Shown: piece after piece, positions 8,172 to 15,289 of the stretch | Numbering within the stretch: position 1 is the stretch's first letter | How the letters are laid out: each line of letters starts with the position of its first letter | Assembly (NCBI GenBank): GCA_002926195.1 | Contig: MZXQ01000095.1 | Coordinates: forward strand, 1-41,161 | Direction of reading: 5' to 3' | Origin: Candidatus Methanomarinus sp. HR1 | GTDB lineage: Archaea; Halobacteriota; Methanosarcinia; Methanosarcinales; Methanocomedenaceae | DNA length: 41,161 nucleotides | Position numbers and translations under genes: made by a program | Notes under the pieces: generated by a model | Database searches by the model: none | Told to the model about the DNA's origin: nothing | The model's input: only the letters and a program-made list of their open reading frames with translations

Positions 8172-8510
8172 ATGCCATCTAACCTAAAAAACGACTTGCT
8201 ATTGCTATTTTTAATCTATGTTGTTATAGACTGGATAACTACATATCAAATAGTCGCAGATCCGGAATTAGTAGAGATCAATCCTACTGTAAAACATATC
8301 ATTAATGAATTTGGATGGACAGGATTTATGGCTGCTAAATTATTAGTATTCGGATTCATATGCGGAGTAAGTATCCTGTTCACCACACTGAAAGTCGAGT
8401 ATAAAAGGAAAGTCTATTCATTTAATTGGGCATGGAAAACCCTGTATACCTTTATTATGATTTTTAACATAATTGTAATACTGAATAATATTATATTAAT
8501 AATAGAATAG
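8172..8510 (+). CDS. Small multi-pass membrane protein (DUF5658-like)
   Basis: It has hydrophobic helices and a D-W-x-T-T ... E-x-N-P pattern. I prefer the ATG at 8172 (MPSNLKND) to the TTG at 8118 used by the ORF track. Confidence 0.55.
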   Translation: MPSNLKNDLLLLFLIYVVIDWITTYQIVADPELVEINPTVKHIINEFGWTGFMAAKLLVFGFICGVSILFTTLKVEYKRKVYSFNWAWKTLYTFIMIFNIIVILNNIILIIE

Positions 8511-8572
8511 CGGTATCCACTTTAAATCTAAGGGTAATTAATACCTCTTTAAGAATCATGATAATTTAATAA

Positions 8573-8579
8573 TTTTTTT
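8573..8579 (+). terminator. Oligo-T tract downstream of the 8172-8510 gene
   Basis: A T7 run lies 63 nt after the stop. Archaeal RNA polymerase terminates at oligo-T. Confidence 0.35.
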
Positions 8580-8600
8580 AATGAAATATTGCCTCTTGAG

Positions 8601-8776
8601 AAATCTGTGTAAATCCGTGTTAATCTGTGTCTAAAAAAAAGTAAATTCTAACAAGAAAGTGTACATTGCTTACGATTCTTATCCCGGGTTATACACTATA
8701 TAAAATAGAAAGTAATCTTGATAAAGTCAGAAATTATTTTTTTCAGACACAGATTAACACAGATTAACACAGATTA
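8601..8776. repeat. Long inverted repeat whose arms are three tandem 10-bp units (ACACAGATTA) plus A8/T7
   Basis: The left arm is 8601-8640 (aaatctgtgt aaatccgtgt taatctgtgt ctaaaaaaaa). The right arm is 8737-8776 (ttttttt cag acacagatta acacagatta acacagatta). They match 36/40 as an inverted repeat, with a 96-bp spacer. Confidence 0.85.
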
Positions 8777-8839
8777 AAATTCCTTAACCGATCACAAATA
8801 TCAAAATACCATACTTTTTGAAGTGGATACGAATAGCGT

Positions 8840-8867
8840 AAAAATCCGGGTGTTAGCCAGGATTTTT
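8840..8867 (+). repeat. H6 hairpin module (GTTAGC-loop variant) overlapping the topA stop codon
   Basis: AAAAATCCgggtgttagccaGGATTTTT resembles 30115-30140 (aaaatccgagcgttagcgaggatttt). The TTA at 8853-8855 inside the loop is the topA stop on the minus strand. Confidence 0.8.
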
Positions 8868-10892
8868 TTCTTTTTCCTCCTTGAGATTTTTTTGCCATTC
8901 TATAAAATTACAATGAGGACAGCCAAGGTCCCACGGTCTCTTTCCTTTAGTAATAATCTTGATATGATTTATATTATGCTTTTCACAGACCTTATCTGTA
9001 ACAATTATCTGCCCGCTTTTTGGTAAGGGTAGCGAAAAATCACAATCCGGATATCCTGTACACCCAATAAACCGCCCACCTCGTTTTGAACGCCTTATAA
9101 TAAGATCACTACTGCATTTCTCGCATGTACCTATGATCTTGTCTTCCCTCATACCAGAACGAAGACCTTCGGTGATCTTTTCATTATTTGAAATAAGATC
9201 TTCAAATATCGTATTTAGCATTTTTCTGGATTCAGTTATAACCACATCCTCTAATTTAGTACCTTCAGCGATCATATTCATTTCCAATTCCAGAGTAGAG
9301 GTCATTTCAGGTTTGGTAATAGTATCTGCATATTTCTCCAGGGTATCTATGACAGCAAAGGCAGTATTTGTTGGCTGCAAAGGATTACCATGTACATATG
9401 CCCTGGCATAAAGCTTTGAAATGATCTCATGCCTGGTTGATTTTGTACCCAGCCCCATATCCTCCATAGTCTTGATAAGGCGGCTTTGCCCGAATCTTGC
9501 AGGTGGTTGTGTCTCTTTATCCAGATTCTGCTTATCTATGACTGTCAGGACCTGTCCTTGCGTTAGGTTTGGCAGGATCATGTCTTCGGGTTTATTGTAT
9601 GGATAATACCAGCGCCATCCTTCTTCTATAAGGCTTGCTCCCCTGGCTTTGAATTCTTCTTTTGAGATATCAATAGCAGCCCGTATTACCATCCATTGTG
9701 CCGGATCAGCAAATGTAGCAAAGAACCTGCGTACAACCAGTTCGTATATCTTCCATTCATCCGGCTTAAGTGTAGACTGCTTTACATAGGATGCCGGAAT
9801 AATAGGCGGATGGTCAGTGGTCTCTTTTTTACCACGGGTAGGAGTTAGTTCTGGCTTTTTTAACAGGCTTTGGGCGTATGGTTTAAAGACTCCTTTACAA
9901 AGGCTCTTTATGAGCCCTTTAAGATCAAGACTGGGTGAATACACGGTATTATCAGTCCTGGGATATGAAATAAAACCATTCATATAAAGGTTCTCAGCTA
10001 TTCTCATGGCATTAGAAGCAGTGATACCGATCCTGCTGGCTGCCCTGATAAACTCGGTAGTATTAAAAGGAGTGGGAGGCTGGTCTATTTTAGTATCTTT
10101 TTTTATCGTAACAACTACAGCCTTATCACCCAGCTTACTAAAGATCTGTTCAGCTTCCTCCTTATCCCATATCCTTCCGGCTTTGTGACTGGCTATAAAT
10201 TCAATACCACCCACATCATCTATAAGAGTGACAGTGATCTCCCAGTATGGTTTAGGTATATGCGCCTTTCTTTCACGTTCTCTATCAACCAGTAGTGCCA
10301 ACGTAGGCGTTTGTACCCTACCAACACTTAAAAATAGATTGCCCAGCCGTCCGCCTGTGATAGAAATGTGCCTGGTAAGGGCTGCACCCCAGATCAGATC
10401 TATGATCTGTCTGCACTCACCTGCATCTGCCAGATTGAAATCTACAGGCACAGGGTTGTCAAATGACTTTATGATCTCAGTTTTGGTTATTGTACTGTAA
10501 TGGATCCGATCTACTTTCACCTTTGAATTAACATCTTTAATGATCTTTAGTGCTTCCGCACCGATCAGTTCTCCTTCTCTATCGTAATCCGTAGCGATAT
10601 TAATATGCTCTGCCTTTTTGCCAAGCTTTCGCAGGGCAGATACGATCTTTTTCTGAGTAGGGGTTGTGATGATCTCGGCATATATTAACTCCTTACTATC
10701 AACACTCTGCCAATTGTTATATTCTTTAGGGAAATCTACAGAGACAACATGACCACTCAACCCCATAACGATTTTATTTTCCCACTGGTATGTATCAACT
10801 CCATTTACTCTCACCTGTTCTGGTTTTTTTGGTGCGAGTATGGACGCGATCCTCTTTGCCGTATTGTGTTTTTCTGTGATTATCAGATGCAT
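8853..10892 (-). CDS. topA: DNA topoisomerase I (type IA), archaeal
   Basis: It has a TOPRIM N-terminus (MHLIITEKHNTAKRIA ... ATDYDREGE), the catalytic region ISYPRTDN and C-terminal Zn ribbons (CEKCSSDL...CTGYPDC; CEKH...CPHC). Confidence 0.9.
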   Translation of the reverse strand: MHLIITEKHNTAKRIASILAPKKPEQVRVNGVDTYQWENKIVMGLSGHVVSVDFPKEYNNWQSVDSKELIYAEIITTPTQKKIVSALRKLGKKAEHINIATDYDREGELIGAEALKIIKDVNSKVKVDRIHYSTITKTEIIKSFDNPVPVDFNLADAGECRQIIDLIWGAALTRHISITGGRLGNLFLSVGRVQTPTLALLVDRERERKAHIPKPYWEITVTLIDDVGGIEFIASHKAGRIWDKEEAEQIFSKLGDKAVVVTIKKDTKIDQPPTPFNTTEFIRAASRIGITASNAMRIAENLYMNGFISYPRTDNTVYSPSLDLKGLIKSLCKGVFKPYAQSLLKKPELTPTRGKKETTDHPPIIPASYVKQSTLKPDEWKIYELVVRRFFATFADPAQWMVIRAAIDISKEEFKARGASLIEEGWRWYYPYNKPEDMILPNLTQGQVLTVIDKQNLDKETQPPARFGQSRLIKTMEDMGLGTKSTRHEIISKLYARAYVHGNPLQPTNTAFAVIDTLEKYADTITKPEMTSTLELEMNMIAEGTKLEDVVITESRKMLNTIFEDLISNNEKITEGLRSGMREDKIIGTCEKCSSDLIIRRSKRGGRFIGCTGYPDCDFSLPLPKSGQIIVTDKVCEKHNINHIKIITKGKRPWDLGCPHCNFIEWQKNLKEEKEKNPG

Positions 10893-11062
10893 TCGACAAC
10901 CTCGTACTATGATAAATGTACTTCAAATATATTATTTAGATAAATAGTTTTGGTATGTTTTGGCATTAATTCAGTTATTTTTAGACATGTATTCAACATA
11001 ACTTAAAAAAATAGTGGATGAAAATGATTAAATATTTATTGAATACATACCAATTGAAAAGG

Positions 11063-11109
11063 TTTATAAAATCAAAAAAAAATAGTATTTATTTTATTTA
11101 TCCGGAGGT
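11063..11109 (+). promoter_or_regulatory. Candidate TATA box and Shine-Dalgarno site for the PAS/STAS operon
   Basis: gaaaaggTTTATAAAa (TATA-like at 11063-11071) lies ~45 nt upstream of the ATG. GGAGGT at 11104-11109 lies 6 nt before the ATG at 11116. Confidence 0.3.
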
Positions 11110-11115
11110 TACCAC

Positions 11116-13710
11116 ATGAATAACGTAACAGATAGATTGCCATTAAGATATATAGAAAAAGAGCTACAGTTAATTAGCCTGGATTCACTGGTAATGTTCG
11201 ATCTGAATGGGATTATTGTAGATGTGAATGAAGCAACAGTCAAAGCCACAGGCAACAGCAGGGAAGAGTTGATAAGAACACCATTCGCTGATTATTTCAC
11301 TGATTCTAAAAGGGCACAAAAAGGTGTGAACCTGGTCTTTGAAACCGGAGAGGTCAGGGATTACGAGCTGATTATGAAAACAAAGGATGGAACCGAGATC
11401 ATAGTCTCATATAATGCTTCGGTCTATAAAGACCAGAGTGGAAAGATTATTGGTGCCTTTGCTGCCGCCCGTGATATTACCGAGCGAAAGCGTTCAGATG
11501 TGAAAATTCACAATCTTCAGCGTTATAATCGAGGCTTGATCGAAACAAGCCTCGATCCACTGGTAACATTCGATCAGAATGGAATTATTATGGACGTGAA
11601 CGAGGCTACAATTAAAGCTACCGGCAGAAGCAGGGAAGAGTTGATAGGAACACCATTCGCTGATTATTTCACAGACCCTGAAAAGGCACAAAAAGGTGTG
11701 AACCTGGTTTTCGGACTAGGTGAGGTTCGGAATTATGAGCTGGTCATGAAAGCCAGAGATGGAACCGAAACCATTGTTGCTTATAACGCATCGGTCTATA
11801 AAGATGAGACCGAACAGATAGTCGGAGCTTTTGCTGCTGCTCGTGACATCACCGAACGAAAAAATGCTGAAATTGCACTAAGTGAAAGTAAAGCAGAACT
11901 CGACCTCATTTTCCGGATTGCTGCTGATGCAATGTGTGTAATAGATGCTGATTTTAACATCATCAAGGTAAATAAAACCTTTATCAGATTGGTGGGCATG
12001 AATGAAGATAAAATTATCGGTAAGAAATGCTACGATATCTTTAGCGGGGAATTCTGCCATACTAAAGATTGTCCACTCGAGATGATAAAAAAGGGAAAAG
12101 AGTTTGTTGAACGTGAATCTGTCAAGAAGCTACCGAACGGTAAAGAGATACCTATTATTCTGAGTGCTGCAAGATTTGATAAAAACGGAAAATTTGTAGG
12201 AATTGTAGAGGATTTTAAAGATATCACCGGGCTCAAGAATGCTAAAAAGGAAATACAGGATCTTCAGCGCTACTATCGGGGATTAATTGAGATAAACCTC
12301 GATCCTCTGGTAACCTTTGACAAGAAAGGTATTATTCTGGATGTGAACGAGGCTACAATTAAAGCTACCGGCAGAAGCAGGGAAGAGTTGATAGGAACAC
12401 CATTCGCTGATTATTTCACAGACCCTGAAAAGGCACAAAAAGGTGTGAACCTGGTCTTTGGAATAGGGGAGTTTTGGAATTATGAGCTGGTCATGAAAGC
12501 CAAGGATGGAACCGAAATCATTGTTGCTTATAACGCATCGGTCTATAAAGATGAGACCGGACAGATAGTCGGAGCTTTTGCTGCCGCTCGTGACATCACC
12601 GAGCGAAAAAATGCTGAAATTGCACTAAGTGAAAGTAAAACAGAACTTGACCTCATCTTCCAGATCGCTGCTAATGCAATGTGTGTGATAGATGCTGATT
12701 TTAACATCATCAAGGTGAATAAAACCTTTATCAGATTGGTGGGCATGAATGAAGATAAAATCATCGGTAAGAAATGCTACAATATCTTTAGCGGGGAATG
12801 CTGCCATACTAAAGAATGTCCACTCGAGATGATAAAAAAAGGAGAAGAGTTTGTTGAGCGAGAATCTGTAAAGATACGACCGGACGGTAAAGAGATACCT
12901 ATTATTCTGAATGCTGCAAGATTTGATCGGGACGACGAATTCTTAGGGATTGTAGAGGATTTTAAAGATATCACCGGGCTCAAGCGTGCTAAAAAGGAAA
13001 TACAGGATCTTCAGCGCTACAATCGAGGATTAATTGAGGTAAACCTCGATCCTCTTTTAACCTTTGACAAGAAAGGTATTATTCTGGATGTGAATGAGGC
13101 TACAATTAAAGCTACTGGCAGAACCCGGGAAGAGTTGATAGGAACACTTTTTGCTGATTATTTCACAGACCCTAAAAATGCAAACAAAGCTGTAGAGCTG
13201 GTCTTTGAGAACAAAGAAATAAGGGATTATGAACTGATCATCAAAGCCCGGGATGGTACCAAGACTACTGTGGCCTACAATGCATCAGTCTATAAAGATG
13301 AAGCGGGAGAGATCGTAGGGGTATTTGCCGCTGCTCGCGATATTACCGAGCGAAAAAGATCAAAGCAGGAACTGCAGGATACCATCAAGAGGCTTGAGGC
13401 ATACACTGGCCGCGTTAATAGTCTGATGGTAACTATATTAGAAGAGATATCCGACGTCAAAACAAAAGCTATCATTCTTGATATTACAGGAATAGAACAG
13501 GATATTGAAACATTGAATCCTCTGATCAACATTGCACGATATGCAAAGCTACTTGATGCAACATGCATTATAACAGGTATTAAACCTGAAACAGTGCAAA
13601 GATTGTCTGGTCTTGGAGTTGTGTTAGATCCTGTCACTGCAGAACGATCCCTGGAGGAAGGGTTAAGATATACAATATTGATTACAGAAGAGAATAATGA
13701 TAATAGGTGA
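11116..13710 (+). CDS. Multi-PAS sensor protein with C-terminal STAS (RsbR-like) domain; no kinase or other output domain
   Basis: There are six PAS-like units. Four are of type A (LDPLVTFD..GII.DVNEAT ... DGTE..V.YNASVYKD..G.I.G.FAAARDITERK). Two are of type B (DAMCVIDADFNIIKVNKTF ... with a C-x8-C-H-x3-C motif). The C-terminus AIILDITGIEQDIETLNPLINIARYAKLLDATCIITGIKPETVQRLSGLGVVL matches the stressosome-type STAS pattern. Confidence 0.85.
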   Translation: MNNVTDRLPLRYIEKELQLISLDSLVMFDLNGIIVDVNEATVKATGNSREELIRTPFADYFTDSKRAQKGVNLVFETGEVRDYELIMKTKDGTEIIVSYNASVYKDQSGKIIGAFAAARDITERKRSDVKIHNLQRYNRGLIETSLDPLVTFDQNGIIMDVNEATIKATGRSREELIGTPFADYFTDPEKAQKGVNLVFGLGEVRNYELVMKARDGTETIVAYNASVYKDETEQIVGAFAAARDITERKNAEIALSESKAELDLIFRIAADAMCVIDADFNIIKVNKTFIRLVGMNEDKIIGKKCYDIFSGEFCHTKDCPLEMIKKGKEFVERESVKKLPNGKEIPIILSAARFDKNGKFVGIVEDFKDITGLKNAKKEIQDLQRYYRGLIEINLDPLVTFDKKGIILDVNEATIKATGRSREELIGTPFADYFTDPEKAQKGVNLVFGIGEFWNYELVMKAKDGTEIIVAYNASVYKDETGQIVGAFAAARDITERKNAEIALSESKTELDLIFQIAANAMCVIDADFNIIKVNKTFIRLVGMNEDKIIGKKCYNIFSGECCHTKECPLEMIKKGEEFVERESVKIRPDGKEIPIILNAARFDRDDEFLGIVEDFKDITGLKRAKKEIQDLQRYNRGLIEVNLDPLLTFDKKGIILDVNEATIKATGRTREELIGTLFADYFTDPKNANKAVELVFENKEIRDYELIIKARDGTKTTVAYNASVYKDEAGEIVGVFAAARDITERKRSKQELQDTIKRLEAYTGRVNSLMVTILEEISDVKTKAIILDITGIEQDIETLNPLINIARYAKLLDATCIITGIKPETVQRLSGLGVVLDPVTAERSLEEGLRYTILITEENNDNR
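11500..13355 (+). repeat. Intragenic tandem repeat, 747-bp unit (PAS-A + PAS-B), about 2.5 copies
   Basis: The landmark cttcagcg recurs at 11515, 12262 and 13009 (period 747). A 113-nt run is identical at 11596-11708 and 12343-12455. Confidence 0.9.
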
Positions 13711-13714
13711 GAGT

Positions 13715-14092
13715 ATGGCGCAAACTAAAAAAGAAAAGCTGGATCAGGTACTGGCCAAATTCATGCAGGTTGGACAGATAAGCGCTGCAGGGATAGTGAG
13801 TACTGAAGGACTGCTGATAACATCAATAATGCCGCCTGATATGAATGAACGCATTGTCGGTGCACTGTGCTCGACAATTATAGCAAGTGCCCAGACAGCA
13901 AGTTCGCAAATGGGAACCGGAGAAGTAGCAGAGGTTAATGTAAAGACCGAACACGGTGTATTATTGTTAAAGCCATCGGGAGAAAAGGCACTATTCTTTG
14001 CACTGGCGCAGGTAGAAGCCCAGCTTGGTCTGATCACAGTCGAGATCGAAATAAGGGCCAAACAGGTTCAGGAGATACTGGAAGAGGTATAG
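13715..14092 (+). CDS. Roadblock/LC7 (MglB-like) domain protein
   Basis: The pattern is typical of the family (GQISAAGIVSTEGLLITS ... ERIVGALCSTIIASAQ ... VNVKTEHGVLLLKPSGEKALFFAL). I prefer the ATG at 13715 because GGTGA at 13706-13710 precedes it. The ORF track starts at 13697. Confidence 0.8.
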   Translation: MAQTKKEKLDQVLAKFMQVGQISAAGIVSTEGLLITSIMPPDMNERIVGALCSTIIASAQTASSQMGTGEVAEVNVKTEHGVLLLKPSGEKALFFALAQVEAQLGLITVEIEIRAKQVQEILEEV

Positions 14093-14096
14093 GATA

Positions 14097-15281
14097 ATGG
14101 ATATGAAAAAAACCTATATTCCGCGACTGGATGATATCCTGAAAGGGGGTACACCCCCTGGAACATCCGTATTATTCAATGCAATACCAGGTATGCTGTG
14201 TGATGTTTTCGGTTATCAGATCATTGCCCAACGTATACATCACAATAAAGAGATAGGATTTATTTATACTAATACACGTACACCTGCTGAGATTTCGCGT
14301 GTATTTGATAAATACGGATGGGACCTAATAACACCTTTGCAATCAGGTCAGTTATTCTTTGTTGATTCCATCTCCCCTATGATGGGAGTGCCACCGATTG
14401 GCAGATACTGTATTGATGATTTTAATAAAAGCAAAGATACCGTATTAAGTGCGATCAGTGACATAGCTGGCGGTACGGCAGTGATCGAAAATGTAGCCAC
14501 ACTCATTGACTCTATTGGTGCAAATAACACCATGGAATTGATCAGGGCATGGAATGAAGCTGCTAACAAGCACAATGTAAATATAATATATATATTTACC
14601 AGATGGGATTATGAGGACCGGATGATAGATCAACTGACAGGTCTTATCAACTGTACGATAGAACTTTTTGGTATAGAAGAAAGAGTAATGTACAGACAGG
14701 TCTATGTAGTTGTAAAGTCCAGTTGGAGTACAATATCTAAGACTAAAACATTCTTCGAGCTGGTAATGCCCGGAGGGGTCAAAGTATTTATTCCAAAGCT
14801 GTTAGTAACCGGACCCTATAACGCAGGAAAGACTGCATTTGTTCATGCGATCTCCCAGAATGCCGTCTCGGTAGATAGGCAGGCATATGAACTATTTCCA
14901 ACTACAGTCGGACTGGATATAGGACATATTGATTACAAGGGATTTTCTGCTGACATCTTTGGTACACCTGGTCAGGAGCGGTTTGATCTATTACTTGAGC
15001 CACTATCAAGAGAAGCGATCGGTGCATTTATTGTAATTGACTCAACCCAACCAAATACCTTTACCCGTGCAAAGGAAATGATCGATATGTGCCGTGCAGA
15101 AGTAATACCAAAGGTAATTGTTGCCAATAAGCAAGACCTCTCAGGTGCTATGCGGCCGGAAGAGATAAAAAAACGCATGGCATTATGGGAAGATGTACAT
15201 ATAGTGCCAGTTTCAGTAAAGAAAAATAAAGGGATCAATCAAACGCTTAATTCACTTTTTGATCTTATATACAGAGTATAA
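14097..15281 (+). CDS. Fusion protein: KaiC/RecA-like domain with degenerate P-loop plus MglA/CvnD-type small GTPase (COG2229-like)
   Basis: Residues 1-230 are KaiC-like (IPRLDDILKGGTPPGTSVLF) but have NAIPGMLCDV where Walker A should be. Residues ~234-394 carry G1 GPYNAGKT, G3 FGTPGQ and G4 NKQD. Confidence 0.8.
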   Translation: MDMKKTYIPRLDDILKGGTPPGTSVLFNAIPGMLCDVFGYQIIAQRIHHNKEIGFIYTNTRTPAEISRVFDKYGWDLITPLQSGQLFFVDSISPMMGVPPIGRYCIDDFNKSKDTVLSAISDIAGGTAVIENVATLIDSIGANNTMELIRAWNEAANKHNVNIIYIFTRWDYEDRMIDQLTGLINCTIELFGIEERVMYRQVYVVVKSSWSTISKTKTFFELVMPGGVKVFIPKLLVTGPYNAGKTAFVHAISQNAVSVDRQAYELFPTTVGLDIGHIDYKGFSADIFGTPGQERFDLLLEPLSREAIGAFIVIDSTQPNTFTRAKEMIDMCRAEVIPKVIVANKQDLSGAMRPEEIKKRMALWEDVHIVPVSVKKNKGINQTLNSLFDLIYRV

Positions 15282-15289
15282 TAACAAAA

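Noticed and set aside
8601-8776. CRISPR array
   Set aside because: The units are only 10 bp and directly abutting with no spacers. The two sets are inverted relative to each other, and there are no cas genes in the window.
8511-8852. Chromosomal replication origin (ORB-like inverted repeats around an AT-rich core)
   Set aside because: There is no orc1/cdc6 gene nearby, the repeat units do not resemble the ORB or mini-ORB sequences I remember, and the site is a convergent-gene gap. I keep it only as one alternative within the iteron-like finding.
11494-13637. Eight minus-strand ORFs inside the PAS gene, several in near-identical pairs
   Set aside because: The pairs recur 747 nt apart because they are antisense images of the tandem duplication. 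They are Ser/Ala-rich with no motifs.
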